Position numbers and translations under genes: made by a program
The notes under the pieces: generated by a model
What the model was told of the DNA's origin: nothing
The model's input: the letters and a program-made list of their open reading frames with translations, nothing else
Databases searched by the model: none
In this document: positions 56,701-64,000 of the stretch, one piece after another
Layout of the letters: each line of letters starts with the position of its first letter
Numbering within the stretch: the first letter of the stretch is position 1
Sequence record: NC_070962.1
DNA length: 64,000 bases
Reading direction: 5' to 3' (one strand)

Positions 56701-57274
56701 TATTCATACACAATTTAAGACTGATAAGGGAACTGCCCACGATTATATCGGTTGGTATGAGCAGACATTCTCTGATCGTAGAACTGATGAGATGAATGTT
56801 CTTGAGATTGGTGTTCTTTTTGGTGGTTCACTCAAGATGTGGGAGCACTACTTTGAGAACTCTAACATATATGGTGTAGAAGACTTTTCTCAAGAAGATG
56901 GTCAATGGCATTATCAGTATGAACCAGTAGATGGTGATGCTGTGATGGAAGATGTGAATAGTCATGAACGGATTACTCTGTTTAACTTTGATTGTGAAAA
57001 TCTAAATCACATTCAGGAGCACTTTGGTGATCTAACATTTGATATTATCCTTGACGATGCCAATCATAAGTTGTCTCAGCAAATGAAAAATGCTGAGAAT
57101 TATATGCCATATCTTCGTGATGGTGGTATTTACATTTGTGAGGATGTGCAAACTGCTCAGGGTGCAAAAGAACTCTGCGAATTTATTACTGAGTTGTATC
57201 CTGGAGCACAAACACATATCATTGAATGTGATCTAAACAAGAAATCAGACGATAGGTTAGTAGTAGTCGTATGA
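56687..57274 (+). CDS. Class I SAM-dependent methyltransferase
   Basis: TDKG, VLEIGVLFGGSLKMW, FDIILDD, GGIYICEDV. Confidence 0.8.
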   Translation: MKLTDIHTQFKTDKGTAHDYIGWYEQTFSDRRTDEMNVLEIGVLFGGSLKMWEHYFENSNIYGVEDFSQEDGQWHYQYEPVDGDAVMEDVNSHERITLFNFDCENLNHIQEHFGDLTFDIILDDANHKLSQQMKNAENYMPYLRDGGIYICEDVQTAQGAKELCEFITELYPGAQTHIIECDLNKKSDDRLVVVV

Positions 57275-58062
57275 GAACTTTAAACATCTATTGTGACGGT
57301 GGATTCGGAAACCGTTATGGAACTTTGCTTGGTGGACTTGCCGTAGCAAACTACCATAAGATGCGTCCAGTTGTTGTCTGGAGAGACACTTCTGCATGTC
57401 GTTTACCATTTCATGAAATCTTTACGTCTGATATAGATGTCGTTGATCAACCACTACAGGATTTTTCTGGTAGTGTTCTTTTGATGCATGAAGATTTTAT
57501 TCAAGGAGTTAAAAATTATAATATTAACTCCTTTGGATCTATCGATGACCTTCCAGTGTCTAACTGTGGATCATATGTTTATAATAACAATTGGATTCCT
57601 GAGTGGTTGGATGAGCATCTTGTGATTGAAGTAGGAAGGCAGTTGAAGTTTGTTGATAAAATTAAGAACTTCTGCGATCAATACTGTAAGAAACATTCCA
57701 TAACACCATTTGCTATTGGTATTCATTTGAGAGCAACAGATTTCAATACTTTTATTCCTAAGTTTGATAGGGAATATAAATGGATTGAAGGACAACCAGA
57801 AGAAAAGTTTTTTGTCCTATCTGATGATCCAAATGTAGAAAAGAAATTTAGCAAACTTAAAAATGTAATTGTTCGTATGAAAGAACATTACGTTGAAAAG
57901 GAAAATAAGGATGCTGGTTGGTGTGGAAATGTAGAAAGAAGTTCCGAAAGTGTTATGGATGCACTTATCGACTTGACAATTCTTTCTAAAACAAATATTA
58001 TGGTTAACTCACCCAGTTCATTTTTGAAAACTGCTCTGTTATTACGCAAGATTAATGGATAA
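57271..58062 (+). CDS. Fucosyltransferase-like GT-B (GT11/NodZ-type motifs)
   Basis: GGFGNR, GIHLRATD, FVLSDD, DL.ILSK, SSF. Confidence 0.65.
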   Translation: MRTLNIYCDGGFGNRYGTLLGGLAVANYHKMRPVVVWRDTSACRLPFHEIFTSDIDVVDQPLQDFSGSVLLMHEDFIQGVKNYNINSFGSIDDLPVSNCGSYVYNNNWIPEWLDEHLVIEVGRQLKFVDKIKNFCDQYCKKHSITPFAIGIHLRATDFNTFIPKFDREYKWIEGQPEEKFFVLSDDPNVEKKFSKLKNVIVRMKEHYVEKENKDAGWCGNVERSSESVMDALIDLTILSKTNIMVNSPSSFLKTALLLRKING

Positions 58063-58840
58063 AAATAAATCAACATTCAAACTTCAAGGTTTTGGTCCTA
58101 TCTATTATCTCAATCTCGATGGTCAACCAGAGAGACGAGAGTATATGGAGGACCAATTTAAGTATTGGGAGATTGAAAACTATGAAAGGATCTCTGCTTA
58201 TGATGGCAGAGACGATGATCTGAGTGACATCCTCAAGGGTCGTTATCCTGAGAGGATGACTCCTGGTGAGATTGGATGTGTTACGTCACACCTGAAAGCA
58301 ATCAGGCATTGGTTGGACACTTCCGATTCACCTTATGCAGTCTTCATGGAAGATGATTGTAGTCTTGATCTTGTAAGGTTCTGGCCATTTACTTGGAGAG
58401 ACTTTTATTCTCGTCTTCCTTATGATTGGGACTGTGTACAGATTTCTATTATCTGTACGGGTGATATTCATGTCAGACTTCACAAACGTTTTGTTAATGA
58501 TTTCTCGACAGCATGTTATATTATGAATCGTCGGTATGCTGAGAAACTCATGCATTTCCACGTCAAGGGTGCCGACAAATATAAACTTGACAATGGTGTG
58601 AAACCACGTCCAGTTGCGGACGATCTTCTGTATAATGCAGGGAATACTTATGCAATTCCTTTGCTTCTATACAGGACTGAGTTGGGTTCTTCTATTCATC
58701 CAGAACACGTGGATGTATTCCATAAGCAGAACTATCAATCTCAGTGGAACTTCTGGGAGACTTCTGGATCCAAGATGAGTCTTGCGGACATCGTGAACTA
58801 CGATCCATATCTGGGTCGAGTCACGGAACCAACACCTTAG
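58055..58840 (+). CDS. GT25-family glycosyltransferase
   Basis: YYLNLD...ERR, ISAYDG, GEIGCVTSHL, FMEDD, STACY. Confidence 0.85.
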   Translation: MDKNKSTFKLQGFGPIYYLNLDGQPERREYMEDQFKYWEIENYERISAYDGRDDDLSDILKGRYPERMTPGEIGCVTSHLKAIRHWLDTSDSPYAVFMEDDCSLDLVRFWPFTWRDFYSRLPYDWDCVQISIICTGDIHVRLHKRFVNDFSTACYIMNRRYAEKLMHFHVKGADKYKLDNGVKPRPVADDLLYNAGNTYAIPLLLYRTELGSSIHPEHVDVFHKQNYQSQWNFWETSGSKMSLADIVNYDPYLGRVTEPTP

Positions 58841-58842
58841 GG

Positions 58843-58871
58843 TTGACAGAACTTTACATTTCCTATATAAT
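58843..58871 (+). promoter_or_regulatory. Sigma70 promoter of hli, with possible HLR1-like repeat
   Basis: TTGACA-N17-TATAAT; TTGACAGA-AC-TTTACATT direct repeat. Confidence 0.75.
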
Positions 58872-58897
58872 TATGTTGTAAATCTTTACATAAGGAA

Positions 58898-59116
58898 ATG
58901 ACTGTTACTACAAACGAGCATGGCCAACAGAATATGTTTGCCAAAGAACCACAAATGTATGTTGACAAAACGACAGCAGAACGTTATGGTTATGAGACTT
59001 ATGCTGAGAAAGCAGAAAAACTCAATGGACGTACTGCTATGCTAGGATTTGTAGCAGCAGTTATTTCCTATGCTACTTCTGGTAGTCTCTTCTTCTTTGG
59101 TATCTTCGGATTCTGA
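58898..59116 (+). CDS. hli: High-light-inducible protein
   Basis: AEKLNGRTAMLGFV. Confidence 0.95.
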   Translation: MTVTTNEHGQQNMFAKEPQMYVDKTTAERYGYETYAEKAEKLNGRTAMLGFVAAVISYATSGSLFFFGIFGF

Positions 59117-59202
59117 TGACTGAGGTAATTTTCACACTTACGACAGTAACTTTTTTCTGTCTTCTTGCATATTCTGTAGAACAACTATCTGAAACTTACT
59201 AA
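59116..59202 (+). CDS. Small hydrophobic peptide (28 aa)
   Basis: Hand-translated [28 protein letters not shown]; coupled to the hli stop. Confidence 0.45.
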   Translation: MTEVIFTLTTVTFFCLLAYSVEQLSETY

Positions 59203-59207
59203 AACTA

Positions 59208-59501
59208 ATGGCTTTTAATATTACACTTCGTACTCCTGACGGCACTGAGCAAGTTATTCAGTGCGAAGATGATCAGTACATTCTTGATGCTGCTGAAGAA
59301 GCAGGTGTTGATATGAACTACTCCTGCCGTGCAGGTGCTTGTTCATCTTGTGCTGGTAAACTTGTCAGTGGTACAGTTGACCAATCAGATCAATCCTTCT
59401 TGGATGATGATCAAATTGATGCTGGTTTTATTTTGACTTGTGTGTCATATCCCACATCTGATTGTGTTGTTGAAACTGAAAAAGAAGAGGAATTGTATTG
59501 A
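59208..59501 (+). CDS. petF: Plant-type [2Fe-2S] ferredoxin
   Basis: [22 protein letters not shown]. Confidence 0.97.
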   Translation: MAFNITLRTPDGTEQVIQCEDDQYILDAAEEAGVDMNYSCRAGACSSCAGKLVSGTVDQSDQSFLDDDQIDAGFILTCVSYPTSDCVVETEKEEELY

Positions 59502-59662
59502 TGCCTGATCCAGATGCACTATGGAAGGATATTCAGAAACTTGACGACTTGTACGAAGAGTTACTGTGGCATCCTGATGATGAATTACAATTCAACATTG
59601 AATATCTAAAGGGCAATGGTAGGGTTGTTATCACAAACAAAACATTAGAGGAAAAACAATGA
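59501..59662 (+). CDS. Small hypothetical protein (53 aa)
   Basis: Hand-translated [29 protein letters not shown]... Confidence 0.55.
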   Translation: MPDPDALWKDIQKLDDLYEELLWHPDDELQFNIEYLKGNGRVVITNKTLEEKQ

Positions 59663-59766
59663 ACGAAAAAGCAGAACGTATTAACGGTTGGGCAGCAATG
59701 ATCGGTGTCATTGCAGCAATGGGTTCTTATGCCGCCACTGGACAAATTATTCCAGGTGTTTGGTGA
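59659..59766 (+). CDS. hli: High-light-inducible protein (35 aa)
   Basis: MNEKAERINGWAAMIGVIAAMGSYAATGQIIPGVW; missed by the ORF track. Confidence 0.92.
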   Translation: MNEKAERINGWAAMIGVIAAMGSYAATGQIIPGVW

Positions 59767-59808
59767 CATAAATACTCTTATGTTTAGGACTGTACGGTTT
59801 TAGAAATC

Positions 59809-60447
59809 ATGCCAACTTGGAGAGAACGAAAAGAATTCTTAGAGAATCATCCGAGTGTAGAACACTCTGTTGGTCTACCTCTAGCAAGATTCATTTTCCG
59901 AGAGGATGGTGAATTTGTTGAGAGGACTACAAGAGAGTTATTCCGAGGAAAGAGAGTTGCTATCTTTGGACTTCCTGGTGCATTTACACCCACCTGCAGC
60001 AATAGTCAAGTTCCTGACTTCGATGAAGCATATGATGAACTCATTGCTGCTGGTGTAGATGAGGTATATTGTATTAGTGTAAATGATGCATTTGTAATGA
60101 ATGCATGGAAAGAAAGTCTGGGTGTAGAAAAAGTAAAATTCATTCCTGATGGAAATGGATTCTTTACAAGACAACTTGGTAAGAATGTCTTTAAAGCAAA
60201 TCTAGGGTTTGGAGTCAGATCTTGGAGATATTCTGCAATTATCGATTCTGATCTCATTGAAGTTATGTTTAGTGAAGAAGGACAAAGGGATAATTGTGAA
60301 TCTGATCCATATGAAATGTCAAAACCTGAAAAACTACTTGCATATCTCAAAGAGGTTCCACGTAGAACGGAACTTGAGTCTGATGATGATGCAGATGTTA
60401 TGTCAGAACTAGATCGACTAGAAAGAGAAATTTTCCTTAATAAGTGA
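59809..60447 (+). CDS. Peroxiredoxin (Prx5/type II family)
   Basis: GKRVAIFGLPGAFTPTCS, YCISVNDAFVMNAW, FIPDGNG, RSWRYS; late promoter CATAAATA at 59767. Confidence 0.9.
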   Translation: MPTWRERKEFLENHPSVEHSVGLPLARFIFREDGEFVERTTRELFRGKRVAIFGLPGAFTPTCSNSQVPDFDEAYDELIAAGVDEVYCISVNDAFVMNAWKESLGVEKVKFIPDGNGFFTRQLGKNVFKANLGFGVRSWRYSAIIDSDLIEVMFSEEGQRDNCESDPYEMSKPEKLLAYLKEVPRRTELESDDDADVMSELDRLEREIFLNK

Positions 60448-60451
60448 TCTA

Positions 60452-60480
60452 TTGACAAAAACCAAATAATGTGTTATATT
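60452..60480 (+). promoter_or_regulatory. Sigma70-type promoter
   Basis: TTGACA-N17-TATATT, followed by the hairpin AAAGACCAC/GTGGTCTTT (60482-60507). Confidence 0.65.
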
Positions 60481-60560
60481 TAAAGACCACTGTCAAAGGT
60501 GGTCTTTGTGCCGTCTGAGGAGTTTAATTCCTGTAACGGATGATGAGTTCAATTAAATTA

Positions 60561-61166
60561 ATGTTTAATAAATTTCTATCACTTGCTTTGGCAACCTCTA
60601 TCCCTGCTGCTTGTGCTTATCCCACAATTAATCAGATTGGAAATCCTCCTGCCGTTGATGTAACTGTCAACGAAGAGAATGCAGTTCCAATTCAAGTGGT
60701 TGAAAAGTCTTGGAAGTGTACCGACTGTTCTCCTGAAGAACAGTATGTCTTGGAACAACTTCAAGAAAAAACTCGCATCTCAGATCGTAATGCCCTTGCA
60801 ACAATCATGGGTAATATTAAATCAGAGAGTAACTTTATCCCCAATATTTGTGAAGGTGGGGCTAGAGTAAAATATAACCAGTGTCATGTTGGTGGTTATG
60901 GACTGATTCAATGGACCTCTACAGGTCGTTATCTCGGTCTAGGTGCATTTTCTAAAAAGTATGGGTATGATCCTTCTACTCTTGAAGGTCAAGTTGCCTA
61001 TATGATCAATGAAGATGTATTTCAACGTTATCTTCCAGAATTCGAGGGCACTGGTAAAACAGTTTCTCAATACATGGTCCCTGCTTACTACTGGTTAGGT
61101 TGGGGAATTAAAGGATACCGTCAACAATACGCATACGATTACACAAAGAAACTTATTCTTGTATGA
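60561..61166 (+). CDS. Exported lysozyme-like (phage tail lysozyme-type) protein
   Basis: Signal-like N-terminus; ATIMGNIKSESNF, GGYGLIQWT, LEGQVAY. An alternative start is at 60540. Confidence 0.6.
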   Translation: MFNKFLSLALATSIPAACAYPTINQIGNPPAVDVTVNEENAVPIQVVEKSWKCTDCSPEEQYVLEQLQEKTRISDRNALATIMGNIKSESNFIPNICEGGARVKYNQCHVGGYGLIQWTSTGRYLGLGAFSKKYGYDPSTLEGQVAYMINEDVFQRYLPEFEGTGKTVSQYMVPAYYWLGWGIKGYRQQYAYDYTKKLILV

Positions 61167-61540
61167 TTAAAAAACTGTTAGATAAGATTATTAAACCTCT
61201 TCAGCAAGAGAAGGTTGAATGTGCAATTGATGATGAAACCATTGATTGCACTGAGTTAAATAAGGAACCCTATGTGGGAATTCCTGCCCCTGCTTTTTTA
61301 TCTGACGATCCATGGTTCGGTCCTGCAATCAAGAGTGAGAAACAAATTACTCACGAAGAAATGCTTGAAGAAGCAGAACGTAGGGAACAAGAGAACCGTC
61401 AAGAACAGACTAATGAACCTGATAATATTCATCAGGTAATGTATGAGATGGCAACTAAGAATTCTGCCACTACTCTTCAACTTAACCCTATTGGTGGATC
61501 TGAAAACTTCCAAGGTGGTTCAGAAAACATTCACCGATAA
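61163..61540 (+). CDS. Hypothetical protein
   Basis: 125-aa ORF; PWFGPA. Confidence 0.65.
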   Translation: MIKKLLDKIIKPLQQEKVECAIDDETIDCTELNKEPYVGIPAPAFLSDDPWFGPAIKSEKQITHEEMLEEAERREQENRQEQTNEPDNIHQVMYEMATKNSATTLQLNPIGGSENFQGGSENIHR

Positions 61541-61545
61541 AGGGC

Positions 61546-61686
61546 TTGACAGACTTCAAAAAGTCTGATATTATAAATAAAGTTTCATGAGGCACCTGCT
61601 TCACGAACTGTAACAAACAGAGACACGTCGAGTCTCTTTCCATCCGCAGGTAAATTACTCTGCGAGAAAATTACGAGGTATCTAAA
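61546..61686 (+). promoter_or_regulatory. Dual sigma70/late promoter plus structured ~105-nt leader
   Basis: TTGACA(61546)-N17-TATTAT, TATAAATA at 61572; hairpins at 61619-61637 and 61645-61664. Confidence 0.6.
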
Positions 61687-62058
61687 ATGATCAAATCTGT
61701 ATTCGCAGCAACTGCTGCTCTGTCTATGTCTGCTGGTGCTGCCCTTGCAGGTCCCTACGTGAACGTAGAAACCAATGCAGGTTGGACTGGTTCTGACTAC
61801 AATGGTGCTGCTACTGATCTTCACGTAGGTTACGAAGGTGCTATCGGTGAGACTGGTGCTTCCTTCTATGTGCAAGGTGGTCCAGCGATCCTAACTCCCG
61901 ATGGTGGTGACACCGAGACTGTCTTCACTGGTAAGGCAGGTGTTGGTGCTCCTATCACCGATCAACTAGGTCTCTATGGTGAGGTCTCCTTTGCTACTGC
62001 TCCTAATGATGGAGATACTGGTTATGGTGGTAAACTAGGTGTCAAGTACTCCTTCTGA
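61687..62058 (+). CDS. Small outer-membrane beta-barrel/porin-like protein
   Basis: Signal peptide ending ALA-GPY, alternating beta-strands, C-terminal KYSF. Confidence 0.7.
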   Translation: MIKSVFAATAALSMSAGAALAGPYVNVETNAGWTGSDYNGAATDLHVGYEGAIGETGASFYVQGGPAILTPDGGDTETVFTGKAGVGAPITDQLGLYGEVSFATAPNDGDTGYGGKLGVKYSF

Positions 62059-62075
62059 TCACTTAATGTGAATTT

Positions 62076-62105
62076 AAGGATCTCCTAACGGAGATCCTTT
62101 TTTTA
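62076..62105 (+). terminator. Rho-independent terminator
   Basis: AAGGATCTCC-TAAC-GGAGATCCTT plus T tract. Confidence 0.8.
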
Positions 62106-62108
62106 TGG

Positions 62109-62206
62109 TTAAATTTAAATTAACCTCTCATATATACCAAGGTTTGTCTACTGTTAAATCAATTTAACTTGATCTTAACGACAAAATCTGAAGACACTGT
62201 TATAAT
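62109..62206 (+). promoter_or_regulatory. Pho-box-like promoter upstream of the porin-pstS operon
   Basis: TTAA-core repeats at 62154/62164/62175 (10-11 nt period) and at 62109/62120; TATAAT at 62201 with no consensus -35. Confidence 0.6.
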
Positions 62207-62255
62207 ATCTAAGTCTTCAAATGACAAACCCGAAAACATTACAAAGGAATTTCAA

Positions 62256-62615
62256 ATGAAAGCAATCGCACTTGCCGCACTGGCAGCATCTGCACTGGCG
62301 ACACCTGCCCTTGCAGGACCCTATGTAGAGTCCAAGCACGAATTTAAAGGAACTGATGAGGATTATTCTAAAGCAGTTCACCAGGCACGTATCGGATATG
62401 AAACTAAAGTTGGAGCATTGACTCCTTATATCGAAGGTGGTGTTGGTGCAGTTTATCCTGATGGTTCTACTGATAGCACTACTTTCACTGCACTAGAAGT
62501 CGGCAGCAAAGTTAAATTTACCGATAAGTTTAGTGGTTATGGTAAGTTTGAAACAATCATGTATTCTGAAAAAGATGATTGGAAAGTCGAACTCGGCACC
62601 AAGTACAAGTTCTGA
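62256..62615 (+). CDS. Second small outer-membrane beta-barrel/porin-like protein
   Basis: MKAIALAALAASALATPALA-GPY signal, C-terminal KYKF; paralog of 61687. Confidence 0.7.
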   Translation: MKAIALAALAASALATPALAGPYVESKHEFKGTDEDYSKAVHQARIGYETKVGALTPYIEGGVGAVYPDGSTDSTTFTALEVGSKVKFTDKFSGYGKFETIMYSEKDDWKVELGTKYKF

Positions 62616-62624
62616 TAACTGATA

Positions 62625-63599
62625 ATGAAACTTAAAGCACTCGCAGCAGTCGTTGCTGCTACTCCTCTAATGGTTGCCTGTGGTTCTAATCAAACTGCAG
62701 AGGTTAAAGAACCATTCAAACTGAATGGTGCAGGTGCTACATTCCCTGCTCCTCTTTACAACTCTTGGTTGGCAGCATTCCAGAAAGAAACTGGTAATCA
62801 AGTTAACTACCAAGCAGTTGGTAGTGGTGCTGGTGTTCGTCAGTTTACTGCTAAGACTGTTGACTTCGGTGCCTCTGATGGTGCTGTAAGTGATGCAAAG
62901 CAGAAACTGCCCATGGTTCATGTTCCTATGACTGGTGGTGCTATTGTTCCTGCTTATAACTATCCTGGTTGTGAAGCAAAGATGACTCAGACTCAACTTG
63001 CTGATGTCTTCCTTGGCAAGATCACTAACTGGTCTGAGTTTGGTTGTGCTGACAAACAGATCCTCACTGTCTATCGTTCCGATGGTTCTGGTACTACCAA
63101 AGGTTTCACCAACTCTCTGTCTGCATTCTCTCCTGAGTGGAAGGCAACTGTTGGCACTGGTAAAGCAGTGAAGTGGCCTGTTGGTGTTGGTGGTAAAGGT
63201 AACTCTGGTGTTGCTGCTACTATCAAGAATCAACCTGGTGCTATCGGTTATCTGAACTATGGTTATGTTGTAAACAGTGACTTCCAACAGGTTGCTCTAC
63301 AGAACAAGGCAGGTAATTATGTCACCGCAAATGCTGAAACATCTGCAGCAGGTCTATCAAAGATCGTCCTGGACGATCAGCTTCGTGGTGCTGATGCTAA
63401 CCCTGCTGGTGCCAATGCATACCCTATTGTCTCCCTTACTTGGATCCTAGCGTATCCTGAATCTAGGGAAGGTGTGAAAGAGACTCTCCGTTATATGCTT
63501 GCACCTGAGCAACAGGCAAAGTCTGATGCTTTGGGATATGTACCTCTCCCAGAGGATCTTCGACAAAAGGCTCTTGCTGCTGTTGACAGTATCAACTGA
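62625..63599 (+). CDS. pstS: Phosphate ABC transporter periplasmic binding protein
   Basis: Lipobox MVAC; GAGATFPAPLY, YQAVGSGAG, DFGASD, RSDGSGTT, YPIVSLTW. Confidence 0.97.
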   Translation: MKLKALAAVVAATPLMVACGSNQTAEVKEPFKLNGAGATFPAPLYNSWLAAFQKETGNQVNYQAVGSGAGVRQFTAKTVDFGASDGAVSDAKQKLPMVHVPMTGGAIVPAYNYPGCEAKMTQTQLADVFLGKITNWSEFGCADKQILTVYRSDGSGTTKGFTNSLSAFSPEWKATVGTGKAVKWPVGVGGKGNSGVAATIKNQPGAIGYLNYGYVVNSDFQQVALQNKAGNYVTANAETSAAGLSKIVLDDQLRGADANPAGANAYPIVSLTWILAYPESREGVKETLRYMLAPEQQAKSDALGYVPLPEDLRQKALAAVDSIN

Positions 63600-63611
63600 A
63601 TATGATATAAT
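63583..63611 (+). promoter_or_regulatory. Sigma70 promoter
   Basis: TTGACA-N17-TATAAT at the end of pstS. Confidence 0.75.
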
Positions 63612-63636
63612 GGGAGACTTAAGTCTCCCTTTTTTT
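63612..63636 (+). terminator. Rho-independent terminator
   Basis: GGGAGAC-TTAA-GTCTCCC plus T7. Confidence 0.8.
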
Positions 63637-63876
63637 ATGAAAAAGAAAGCAAAGAAATTACTTCATTGGTTCTTCGATAATACAGATCGGGGTGAAGAAA
63701 ATGTATCCACGTGCCAAAATTTATATGAATTGGTAGAGAAACTTCAATTTCGATTGGAGGGACTAGAAAATGAGCATATGCAGATGATGGGTCGGTATGC
63801 CAAAATTGAAAACGAAATTGAATTGTTAAAACAAGACAAGAATTATCAATACACCAACGATGGTGATATATACTAG
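63637..63876 (+). CDS. Hypothetical coiled-coil protein
   Basis: Start reset to the ATG at 63637. Confidence 0.6.
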   Translation: MKKKAKKLLHWFFDNTDRGEENVSTCQNLYELVEKLQFRLEGLENEHMQMMGRYAKIENEIELLKQDKNYQYTNDGDIY

Positions 63877-63895
63877 TAAAGGATGATTCTTTATT

Positions 63896-64000
63896 ATGTC
63901 TGAGTTTCCAAAAGACTGGAGATATGCTGATGACCGTATGCAATTACGTGCTGCGGTCTTCCGTGCTCTTAGTCACCACCTGAATGACCACTGTCGTGCA
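63896..64000 (+). CDS. Hypothetical protein, 3'-partial
   Basis: MSEFPKDWRYADDRMQLRAAVFRAL... runs off the end of the window. Confidence 0.5.
   Translation, partial: MSEFPKDWRYADDRMQLRAAVFRALSHHLNDHCRA

Noticed and set aside
60508-60545. CTGAGGA resembling a hammerhead ribozyme core
   Set aside because: There is no stem II-GAAA-stem III arrangement downstream; it is just a small UTR hairpin.
65-63943. Numerous minus-strand and alternate-frame ORFs in the track (e.g. 2375-2842, 5533-5952, 18168-18683, 24558-25118, 60006-60458, 62667-63287)
   Set aside because: They are shadows of well-supported + strand genes, with no motifs, SD sequences or promoters.
1-64000. CRISPR array, rRNA, integrase or IS elements
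   Set aside because: No regularly spaced repeats, rRNA-like sequence or transposase/integrase motifs were seen.

Overview
64-kb segment of a T4-like marine cyanophage (cyanomyovirus; host probably Synechococcus, inferred from hli, petF, pstS, cobS/mazG-type genes and the tRNA set). Essentially all real genes are on the + strand. 1-23 kb is the replication/recombination module (46 partial, vWA-peptidase, MoxR 'cobS', 45, denV-like, 44, dam, 62, regA, hsp20, 43, uvsX, 41, mazG), with small AT-rich accessory genes inserted between core genes (sulfotransferase, methyltransferase, Nudix, many 2OG-Fe(II) oxygenases). 24-31.7 kb is a late-promoter module of K/E-rich and probably capsid-packaged proteins. 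31.7-36.8 kb holds 61, nrdA and nrdB. 37.6-42.8 kb is a tRNA region; the window has 7 tRNAs in total. 40.8-58.8 kb is a large glycan-building island: GDP-fucose and GDP-L-galactose-type pathways, about 8 glycosyltransferases, and carbamoyl-, amido- and methyltransferases. 58.9-64 kb has hli x2, petF, a peroxiredoxin, two small porin-like genes and pstS. The best leads are the phage-encoded glycan synthesis/decoration system, a ROSE-type RNA thermometer in front of hsp20, a fixed-spacing activator-type promoter motif, an apparently split manA-like RNA, a structured ncRNA between two tRNAs, and a capsid-targeting-like leader on a nucleotidyltransferase. All family calls come from motif recognition by eye; no searches were run.
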